DNA from: an uncultured Synergistales bacterium
GTDB taxonomy: Bacteria > Synergistota > Synergistia > Synergistales > Aminobacteriaceae
Reading direction: 5' to 3'
DNA length: 64,000 nt
Assembly: GCA_905233525.1 (NCBI GenBank)
Contig: CAJOEW010000009.1
Coordinates: forward strand, 11,898 to 75,897
The notes beneath the pieces were generated by a model, which was not told where the DNA came from, did not search any database, and saw nothing but the letters and a program-made list of their open reading frames with translations. Position numbers and translations under genes: made by a program. Positions 18,570 through 25,775 of the stretch are shown here, in pieces (position 1 is the first letter of the stretch; every line of letters starts with the position of its first letter).

Positions 18570-19022
18570 ATGAAACGTATTATAATTTTTGCGGTCGTCG
18601 GACTTGTAATGTTCGGCGTAGGTTTTGGAGGCGGTTTATTATTAGGGCGTTCAATGGCACCTTCGGATGAAGCTTCAGGCATAAATAAAAGCGTTCCGAC
18701 ACCTGGCCCTACGGTATCAATCGGAGAATTTACAAGCAATTTGGCAGGCGGAGGCCGTCATGTAATTTCTTTTACGTTATCGCTTGAGCTTATAGAAAAT
18801 GAAGCGGCTGTCGCACTCGTTCAAACTCCTGCATGGCTTGTAAGAATCCGTAACGAAGTTTTTATGACTGCTAAAGATCGAGTATATGACGATCTTACGA
18901 GCGCTGAAGGTACATTACAATTTGCAGCTGATATAAAACGCAATCTCAATTCAATATTACCTGATGTGAACGGCGAGCCTCCAGTCGAACGTGTATATTT
19001 TGAGAATATAATCCTGCAGTAA
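18570..19022 (+). CDS. fliL: flagellar basal body-associated protein FliL
   Basis: This is a 150-aa protein with an N-terminal TM and a FliL-like core (FTSNLAGGGRHVISFTLSLEL). It lies between motB and fliM. Confidence 0.8.
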   Translation: MKRIIIFAVVGLVMFGVGFGGGLLLGRSMAPSDEASGINKSVPTPGPTVSIGEFTSNLAGGGRHVISFTLSLELIENEAAVALVQTPAWLVRIRNEVFMTAKDRVYDDLTSAEGTLQFAADIKRNLNSILPDVNGEPPVERVYFENIILQ

Positions 19023-19052
19023 ATTTTTAAAACGTTAGGTGGTGATTAGATT

Positions 19053-20084
19053 ATGCCTGATATGATGTCTCAGGACGAAATAGACAAGCTCTTAAAAGGA
19101 GTATCATCAGGAAGCGTTGATGTAAGTACTCTTGATATGAATAACGAGTACGAAAAACTCAAGCTTTATGATTTCAAACGTCCTGACAAATTCAGCAAAG
19201 ACCAGTTACGCGCGATTCAAATGATTCATGAAAGTTTTGCCCGTCAGGTTACAACAGTGTTATCGACTTTAATCAGAAGCATGGTATCAGCCGAAGTCGC
19301 AAGCGTTGAGCATTTAGCATACGAAGAATTTGTAAATTACATGGTTCAGCCGACGGTTATAGGCATGATTGAAATGCACCCATTCTCAGGCAGTATGCTT
19401 CTTGAATTAAATCCTAATCTTGCATTTGCAATAATTGATCGTTTACTAGGAGGGCGCGGAACATTTACAGGAGTCGTGCGTGAGCTTACAGATATCGAAA
19501 AAACTGTTATTGAACGCGTCATAATGAGAATACTTGAATTACTTGAAGACAGCTGGAGCACGGTTGTAGATGTCCGATTTAGATTTGAGAGCATGGAAAG
19601 TAATCCGTTCTTCGTTCAGATATGTTCGCCGAATGATATGGTCTTAGTCGTAATCATGCATTTAAGAATCGCTGACGTTGAAGGCATGTTCAGTTTATGT
19701 TTTCCGTATTTTTTAATTGAGCCTATCATGGATAAATTATCGTCTCAACAGTGGTTCGCTTCAACTTCTCATAAGCAGGACGAAGAAGTACAAGGCTTCC
19801 TACATTCTTCGATCAGACAAGTAAAAATGCCTTTAGCGATGGAATTAGGACATACGATTTTAAGCCTCAATGAAGTTTACGCGCTTGAACCTGGCGATGT
19901 CATAAGACTTGATGAAACCAAGGACAGCGATATAGATGTCAGAGTCGGCAATCAAATAAGATTTAAAGCTCGCCCTGGAACTGTAAACGGTCATATGGCT
20001 GTAGAGCTTACGAAAATAGTATCAGAGGACGGAATAGAAATAATACAGGATCAAAAACGGGAGGGAGATGTGAAACATGCCTGA
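19053..20084 (+). CDS. fliM: flagellar motor switch protein FliM
   Basis: The N-terminal CheY-P binding motif MSQDEIDKLL and the LYDFKRPDKFSKDQLR pattern are present. Length is 343 aa. Confidence 0.9.
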   Translation: MPDMMSQDEIDKLLKGVSSGSVDVSTLDMNNEYEKLKLYDFKRPDKFSKDQLRAIQMIHESFARQVTTVLSTLIRSMVSAEVASVEHLAYEEFVNYMVQPTVIGMIEMHPFSGSMLLELNPNLAFAIIDRLLGGRGTFTGVVRELTDIEKTVIERVIMRILELLEDSWSTVVDVRFRFESMESNPFFVQICSPNDMVLVVIMHLRIADVEGMFSLCFPYFLIEPIMDKLSSQQWFASTSHKQDEEVQGFLHSSIRQVKMPLAMELGHTILSLNEVYALEPGDVIRLDETKDSDIDVRVGNQIRFKARPGTVNGHMAVELTKIVSEDGIEIIQDQKREGDVKHA

Positions 20085-21183
20085 TATTTTAAGTCCTGAT
20101 GAGATAAACGCATTACTTGCAGGCGGAGGCGAATTTAACGAGGACGAAATTTCACCAGAAGACGCAGAACAACTTGATAAAGTAGCTCAGGCTTTTGCAG
20201 ACGCTGAAAAAAGTGTAATCAATATGCTTGCAGGAAAAGACGTTAACGCCGCTGTAGGAACGCCCGAAGTATTAGTACAGGACGATTTCAGAAAAAAGTA
20301 TACTGAACTGCCTTTTCTGTTCTCAAATACTTTCGGAGGACTTGACGATCAGCCGATGTCGCTCGTTGTTGATCAAAAAGGTGCTTTAAGGCTTGCTGAT
20401 TTCATGATGGGAGGAACAGGCCAATCAGTCCCGGAACCTAGCGATTTATACTGGAACGCGGCGCAGGAAGGTTTAAGCCAGATCGTAGGAGCAGCTTTTA
20501 CAACTTTGAGCGGACATTTGGCAGGACGCAGATTGATGCCTGAAAATACTACATCAGCCTTAACTGAAGAGAGTTGGCTGCCGTTGACTCTTGAGCCTTC
20601 AGATACAAAGATTTGGGCGAGTCCTGTTGATATAAATATTACCGGTGTAGAGCCTTTCAGAATATGGACGTGTATGAGGCTTGAAACGGCGTTAGATATT
20701 TCCGGAATGATACGCGATATTCTTGATGGAGTACCGCCCAGACCTACAAGTGTAGATGTACCGGCACAGCCAAAACCTTCAGGAGGTGGAAATAAAGTGA
20801 ATGGAAGTGCAAGACCGGCAGGAAGACCAGTTGATGTAAGGCCAGCAGAATTTCAACCTATAGGAGGCGGCGGCGGATCAGGCGGAACAAGTCCAATAGA
20901 TTTAATCGCTGATATTCCTGTACGTGTTACTGTTGAATTAGGCAAGGCGCGTAAGTCCGTGTCTGAAATTTTGGCATTGACAAGCGGAGCTGTTATTGAG
21001 CTTGATAAAATGGCCGGCGAACCTGTTGACATTCTCGTAAACGGAAAATTGATAGCTCATGGTGAAGTCGTCGTCATTGATGAAAATTTCGGCGTAAGAT
21101 TATTTTTTCAAAATTTAAACGAATATATAATTTTAAATGGGGGAATAATACAAGATGGGCAAAAAAGTTTTGATAGTCGATGA
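20077..21183 (+). CDS. fliY: flagellar motor switch phosphatase FliY (CheC-like N-terminus plus FliN domain)
   Basis: Contains the N-terminal LSPDEINALL peptide and a Gly/Pro-rich linker. The C-terminal SpoA/FliN domain reads IPVRVTVELGKARKSVSEILALTSGAVIELDK...VNGKLIAHGEVVVIDENFGVR. Confidence 0.85.
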   Translation: MPDILSPDEINALLAGGGEFNEDEISPEDAEQLDKVAQAFADAEKSVINMLAGKDVNAAVGTPEVLVQDDFRKKYTELPFLFSNTFGGLDDQPMSLVVDQKGALRLADFMMGGTGQSVPEPSDLYWNAAQEGLSQIVGAAFTTLSGHLAGRRLMPENTTSALTEESWLPLTLEPSDTKIWASPVDINITGVEPFRIWTCMRLETALDISGMIRDILDGVPPRPTSVDVPAQPKPSGGGNKVNGSARPAGRPVDVRPAEFQPIGGGGGSGGTSPIDLIADIPVRVTVELGKARKSVSEILALTSGAVIELDKMAGEPVDILVNGKLIAHGEVVVIDENFGVRLFFQNLNEYIILNGGIIQDGQKSFDSR

Positions 21184-21517
21184 CGCAGCTTTTATGCGCA
21201 TGATGTTAAAAGATATTCTTACAAAAAACGATTTTGAGGTCGTTGCTGAAGCTGAAAATGGTAAAGCAGGCGTGGCAGCGTTCCAAAAATATAAGCCTGA
21301 TATCATCACAATGGATATTACTATGCCTGAAATGAATGGTATCGACGCAACAAAAGCTATTAAAGCTCTCGATCCAAATGTAAAAGTCGTAATGGTTTCT
21401 GCTATGGGTCAGCAGCCTATGGTAATTGAAGCAATTCAAGCAGGAGCAAATGATTTTATCGTTAAACCGTTCCAGCCTGAAAGAGTCGTTGAAGCTATCA
21501 CAAAGGTATTATCATAA
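21155..21517 (+). CDS. cheY: chemotaxis response regulator CheY
   Basis: This is a 120-aa single REC domain with VLIVDDAAFMR, DITMPEMNG, and KPF near the end. Confidence 0.9.
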   Translation: MGKKVLIVDDAAFMRMMLKDILTKNDFEVVAEAENGKAGVAAFQKYKPDIITMDITMPEMNGIDATKAIKALDPNVKVVMVSAMGQQPMVIEAIQAGANDFIVKPFQPERVVEAITKVLS

Positions 21518-21546
21518 ATATAGCAAGTTCAGATTTAACAGGATAT

Positions 21547-21810
21547 TTGATCCGTGTAATATTTATTTTACTTGTTATGTCGATCAGCGCAGTTATTTTC
21601 GTGCGTTACGCAAAGAGGCATAATAAAATATCAAAGAATACGGACGTTGAAGTTTTAGCCTCCCTGCGTTTATCCGGCAGGGATATTTTTTACGTAATTA
21701 AATGCGGTTCACAAGTTATAGCGTTCGTTTCAGGAAGTTCAGGCGCTTGCAAATTAGGTGATTGGAATTATGAAGACTGGATTAAAAACGGCACTGATAA
21801 TAATTTTTAG
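21547..21810 (+). CDS. fliO: flagellar biosynthesis protein FliO/FliZ
   Basis: This is a small single-TM protein located between cheY and fliP. It has a TTG start and overlaps the fliP start. Confidence 0.55.
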   Translation: MIRVIFILLVMSISAVIFVRYAKRHNKISKNTDVEVLASLRLSGRDIFYVIKCGSQVIAFVSGSSGACKLGDWNYEDWIKNGTDNNF

Positions 21811-22582
21811 TTTAATAATTTTCTTGCTGCCTATGTCTGTTCATGCTGCAGAAGCTCCTGTAAATCCTTCGCCTCGTATGCCTATGTATATGCCTTTTCC
21901 TTTACCGTCTGTTCAATTTGGTGTATCAGCTGCTGACAGTCCGAGAGATATAGCTTTAACGTTGCAGGTATTGGCACTGATGACGATTTTAAGTCTTGTG
22001 CCTGCGATATTGTTAATGCTTACGAGCTTCACAAGAATTATTATCGTATTAGGATTCGTTCAGCGTGCAATAGGTTTACAGCAGTCGCCGCCTCAACAGG
22101 TTGTAGCAGGATTGTCATTATTTTTAACGCTGTTCACAATGTATCCAACTTGGAATAACGTTTATCAAAACGGTTTAGCACCATATATCGACGGCAGAAT
22201 TACAGCTCAACAAGCCTGGGTAAATTCGATCGCACCGGTTCGTCAGTTCATGTTCAGATATACAAGACAGGAAGAATTGTCGTTAATAGTTTCTATGTCG
22301 GAAATGGAGCGCCCAAATTCTCCGAATGATGTTCCGACAAGAGTTTTAATACCTGCGTTTATGATGAGCGAATTAAAAACAGCGTTTCAAATGGGTGTAG
22401 TTATTTATATTCCGTTTATGGTTGTTGATATGGTCGTGTCAAGTGTTTTATTAGCGATGGGTATGATGATGCTTCCGCCAATGATGATCTCGCTGCCGTT
22501 TAAAATTTTATTATTCGTAATGGCTGACGGCTGGAATCTCGTTGTAGTGAGCATATTAAAAAGTTTCACGAACGTTCCGTAA
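21770..22582 (+). CDS. fliP: flagellar type III export protein FliP
   Basis: A signal-like N-terminus (MKTGLKTALIIIFSLIIFLLPMSVHA) and the conserved FliP core (LTSFTRIIIVLGFVQRAIG) are present. I chose ATG 21770 because AGGTGA lies about 8 nt upstream. Confidence 0.9.
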   Translation: MKTGLKTALIIIFSLIIFLLPMSVHAAEAPVNPSPRMPMYMPFPLPSVQFGVSAADSPRDIALTLQVLALMTILSLVPAILLMLTSFTRIIIVLGFVQRAIGLQQSPPQQVVAGLSLFLTLFTMYPTWNNVYQNGLAPYIDGRITAQQAWVNSIAPVRQFMFRYTRQEELSLIVSMSEMERPNSPNDVPTRVLIPAFMMSELKTAFQMGVVIYIPFMVVDMVVSSVLLAMGMMMLPPMMISLPFKILLFVMADGWNLVVVSILKSFTNVP

Positions 22583-22621
22583 TTTTTCAAGCTTTCAATT
22601 TTCAGTTAGGAGTGTTTTTGA

Positions 22622-22897
22622 ATGAATGAAACTGTTTTAAGCCTGTATGATATTTTGAGCGGAGCTGTCTGGACGATGTTAAGCGTGTCTCTTCCGATTT
22701 TGTTAGTTGCTATGATCGTAGGATTGTTAATCGGAATTTTACAGACAGCAACATCAATTCAAGAGCAGACGTTAATATTTATTCCGAAAATTTTAGCTGT
22801 GTTCATGTGCATAATAATTTTATCGCCATGGATCGGTCAGCGTATGCTGGTAATGACTCGCGAAATTTTAGGACAGCTCGAAAGATTTATACAGTAG
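22622..22897 (+). CDS. fliQ: flagellar type III export protein FliQ
   Basis: This is a 91-aa two-TM protein with the motif LLIGILQTATSIQEQTL. Confidence 0.9.
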   Translation: MNETVLSLYDILSGAVWTMLSVSLPILLVAMIVGLLIGILQTATSIQEQTLIFIPKILAVFMCIIILSPWIGQRMLVMTREILGQLERFIQ

Positions 22898-22926
22898 GTT
22901 AAAATTTTATAGCTCGTTATCAAAAA

Positions 22927-23712
22927 ATGAACGGCCTGCAAATTCCAACACAACTGTTAATAATTTATTTGCTTGTGCATTTGCGGTACATTGGTCTAAT
23001 TTTCAGTTCGCCGGTTTTTACAGCAGCAATGGCTCCTGCACCTTTCAGATATATTTTTGCGGTCATGCTCACGGCTTCGTCTATAGCTGTAATAAATACG
23101 GATATGATCCCTACAATTTATCTTGACGGCGTTATGACATTAGGAGCGCTCGCTGTTCGTGAATTGTTTATCGGATTGGCGTTAGGTTTTATTTCAGCGC
23201 TGCCTTTATATGCTTTACAGGTTGCAGGAGAATTAACAGGAACGGCTACAGGTTTTTCAATGGCTCAAGTTATGGATCCAAGCTCGCAGACTCAAACGTC
23301 TATATTTGGACAATTATATTTTTTAATGGCAATCTGGATGTATTTTCATTGGAACGGACATTTAATAATGGTGCGTGCTCTTGTTGAAAGTCTTAAGCTA
23401 GTGAAGCTTGGCCAAATAAATTTTTTACCGTCAGGCGATCTCTCAATAGGAAAATGGTTACAAGAATTATTTATACTCGCTGTCAGAATGACTATACCAT
23501 TTTATTGCGCGCTCGTATTATCGGATATAGGCTTAGGATTTTTGGCACGTACAGTCCCTCAAATGAATATATTCGTTGTTGGATTGCCTGTTAAAGTTAT
23601 GCTGGGCTTTATGGTTTTAGCTGTAGCATTACCGCTTGCAATGGATTTCATATTCACAAAATTTGAACATTGGATAGAATTTGCTTTGGCCGTATTATTC
23701 AACTGGAAATAA
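22927..23712 (+). CDS. fliR: flagellar type III export protein FliR
   Basis: This is a 261-aa polytopic membrane protein located after fliQ. Confidence 0.85.
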   Translation: MNGLQIPTQLLIIYLLVHLRYIGLIFSSPVFTAAMAPAPFRYIFAVMLTASSIAVINTDMIPTIYLDGVMTLGALAVRELFIGLALGFISALPLYALQVAGELTGTATGFSMAQVMDPSSQTQTSIFGQLYFLMAIWMYFHWNGHLIMVRALVESLKLVKLGQINFLPSGDLSIGKWLQELFILAVRMTIPFYCALVLSDIGLGFLARTVPQMNIFVVGLPVKVMLGFMVLAVALPLAMDFIFTKFEHWIEFALAVLFNWK

Positions 23713-23733
23713 TTTTTATAGGAGGTTTCATAA

Positions 23734-24669
23734 ATGTTAAAGCTGTTTAAAAAATTTCGTACGCTTTTCAAATTGTTGCGCATGAAAGATTTTGACGGGA
23801 TCAAAGTAAGAATTTTAAACATGATTACTTTTGGTCTTTACGGGAGAATTTATAATGGTGGCATTGATTCGCCTGCTCGTCTTCAGTGTTATTACAAGAT
23901 TGAAAAAGAGTTCTCGCCGTTTGTTGAAGCATACGTAAAAACACCTATGGGGGGGGGGGAGCGATCCAAACACGATAATATAATTTGGTGGTGCTGGCTT
24001 CAAGGAATTGATAACGCTCCTGAAATTTGTAAGGCTTGTTTACACTCATGGCAAAAATTTTATCCTGATAAGAAAATTATTACCGTCGACGAAAAAAATA
24101 TTTTTGATTACATCTCATTACCTGGCTACATCATTGATAAATACAATAAAGGCATTTTCTCACCAACTCATTACAGTGATATCGTCCGCATAGAATTGTT
24201 ATATACTCACGGCGGCGTATGGACTGACTCCACGATTTTATGCACAGGACGCAGACAGGAATATGAACGCGTTTTAAATTTGCCTCTGTTCGTTTTCAAA
24301 AGAAGTAACAGCGCGTGGTGGAGATGGGCAAGTTGGTTCATGGTATCTGATAAACAAAATCCGATTATAGAATTAACACGCGAATTATTTTTTGAGTACT
24401 GGAAGAAATATGATTACACTATCGATTATTTTGTAGTGATAATGTTCTTGACAATGGCTGCACAAAAATATAAAGACATTTGGGCGCAAGTTCCTTATTA
24501 TCATGCTGACGTGCCGTTGTTGCTTGAGAAAAGTTTGTATAACGATTACTCGGACGACATCATGAACGAATTTAAATCAGCCAGCGATTTCCATAAGCTC
24601 ACGTATAAATTACAGCGCGAGCCGTCTCAAAAAAGTTTTTACAGGCACATAATCAACACAGAAAAATAA
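23734..24669 (+). CDS. capsular-polysaccharide-synthesis type glycosyltransferase (Caps_synth/Gly_transf_sug-like), contains a G11 tract
   Basis: Contains IIWWCWLQG...P.ICKACL.SW and SDIVRIELLYTHGGVWTDSTI, which resembles the sDllRy.lLy.yGGiY.D pattern. A GGAGG SD lies 8 nt before the ATG. The gene starts 22 nt after the fliR stop with no terminator in between. Confidence 0.6.
   Translation: MLKLFKKFRTLFKLLRMKDFDGIKVRILNMITFGLYGRIYNGGIDSPARLQCYYKIEKEFSPFVEAYVKTPMGGGERSKHDNIIWWCWLQGIDNAPEICKACLHSWQKFYPDKKIITVDEKNIFDYISLPGYIIDKYNKGIFSPTHYSDIVRIELLYTHGGVWTDSTILCTGRRQEYERVLNLPLFVFKRSNSAWWRWASWFMVSDKQNPIIELTRELFFEYWKKYDYTIDYFVVIMFLTMAAQKYKDIWAQVPYYHADVPLLLEKSLYNDYSDDIMNEFKSASDFHKLTYKLQREPSQKSFYRHIINTEK
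23949..23959 (+). repeat. homopolymeric G11 tract inside the coding sequence (codons ATG GGG GGG GGG GAG)
   Basis: Read directly from the sequence. It is the only long G/C homopolymer I saw in the window. Confidence 0.97.
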
Positions 24670-24688
24670 CCGCAAAGTATTAAAGCTG

Positions 24689-24717
24689 TTAAAAATGCAG
24701 AGCAAAACTTGTATAAT
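24689..24717 (+). promoter_or_regulatory. candidate sigma-70 promoter for the TctC-like gene
   Basis: TTAAAA (24689-24694), a 17-nt spacer, then TATAAT (24712-24717), located about 38 nt upstream of GTG 24755. Confidence 0.35.
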
Positions 24718-24754
24718 CAAAGCGTTTTCAGATTATTCAGGAGGTTTTTTTATC

Positions 24755-25711
24755 GTGAAGAAATTTTTATCGTTAGCTTTGGTTATGATTTTTGCTTTGC
24801 CTGCTTTTTCGGCTGAATATCCTGAGCATGATATTGACGGCGTAATTCAATGGGGAGTCGGCGGCGTGACAGATGTTTTAACTCGCGCTTTGTGCCATAA
24901 AGCTGAAACCTATTTGAATAAAAATATTAAGCTCGAAAATATTCCTGGTGATACCGGCGTTGTAGGATTTCAAGAAGTTTATAACAAACCTGCTGACGGT
25001 TATACACTGCTGCTCGGTGCTGAAAATCCCACGCTGTACAGAGCTTTGAAATTATGTGAACAGACTTATAACGATTTCGAATGCATTTATTTAATCGGTG
25101 ATGTTACTGCCGGCGTAATGGTGAGACCGGATTCAAAATATAAATCATTCAAAGAAATAATTAAAGACGCTCTCGCTAATCCAGGTCAATTGAAATACGC
25201 TACAACAGGCCGCGGCAGTCTTCATTGGATTATGGCAGCGTTCATAAAAGATATCACAGGCGCAACATTTGATTTAAAAGAATATGACAGTAACGGAACA
25301 GCTAAAGAAGCAGTGATCAACGGTGAATGCGATTTTACAGTATGTTTATTACAACAGGCTGCAGATGATATAAGATTAGGACGCGCTAATTTTCTTTGTG
25401 TGTTCTCGTTAGATGTACCTGATTCATTACATGGAGTTCCGGCTGTAATTGATGAATACCCTGAATTTACAAAATATTTTCCATGGGGATCGTTTTACGG
25501 CGTTTTCGTAAAGAAAGGCACTGATCAAAAGATTGTCCAAAAATTAAAAGACGCGTTTATAAAAGCAGGGAACGATCACGATTTTCAAAAACTGCTGATT
25601 GATTACAACGTTAATTTTTTAGGTTATTCCGGTGAAGAAGCTGAACGCTATATATCAAACTGGAAGGGCAATACGATCGACGCATTATTAACAAGCGGAG
25701 CAATCGAATAA
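24755..25711 (+). CDS. tripartite tricarboxylate transporter substrate-binding protein (TctC/Bug family), orphan
   Basis: Begins with the signal peptide VKKFLSLALVMIFALPAFSA, followed by a Bug-family-like core. I chose GTG 24755 because AGGAGG lies 10 nt upstream. No tctA or tctB is adjacent. Confidence 0.6.
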   Translation: MKKFLSLALVMIFALPAFSAEYPEHDIDGVIQWGVGGVTDVLTRALCHKAETYLNKNIKLENIPGDTGVVGFQEVYNKPADGYTLLLGAENPTLYRALKLCEQTYNDFECIYLIGDVTAGVMVRPDSKYKSFKEIIKDALANPGQLKYATTGRGSLHWIMAAFIKDITGATFDLKEYDSNGTAKEAVINGECDFTVCLLQQAADDIRLGRANFLCVFSLDVPDSLHGVPAVIDEYPEFTKYFPWGSFYGVFVKKGTDQKIVQKLKDAFIKAGNDHDFQKLLIDYNVNFLGYSGEEAERYISNWKGNTIDALLTSGAIE

Positions 25712-25721
25712 AAATTTTCAA

Positions 25722-25757
25722 ACATTCCTGTAAAATTCCGCAGGGATGTTTTTTTTT
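25722..25757 (+). terminator. intrinsic terminator after the TctC-like gene
   Basis: ACATTCCTG...CAGGGATGT forms a 9-bp stem (one G-U pair) with a 10-nt loop, followed by T9. Confidence 0.65.
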
Positions 25758-25775
25758 GAGGAGGCTGATTTTTTC

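Noticed and set aside
21080-21183. The FliY C-terminal tail (…GVRLFFQNLNEYIILNGGIIQDGQKSFDSR) overlaps cheY by 29 nt. I considered a frameshift at the T6 run near 21103.
   Set aside because: I translated the alternative frames, and none gives a more FliN-like ending. The FliN domain is complete before the tail, and short overlaps are common in this operon.
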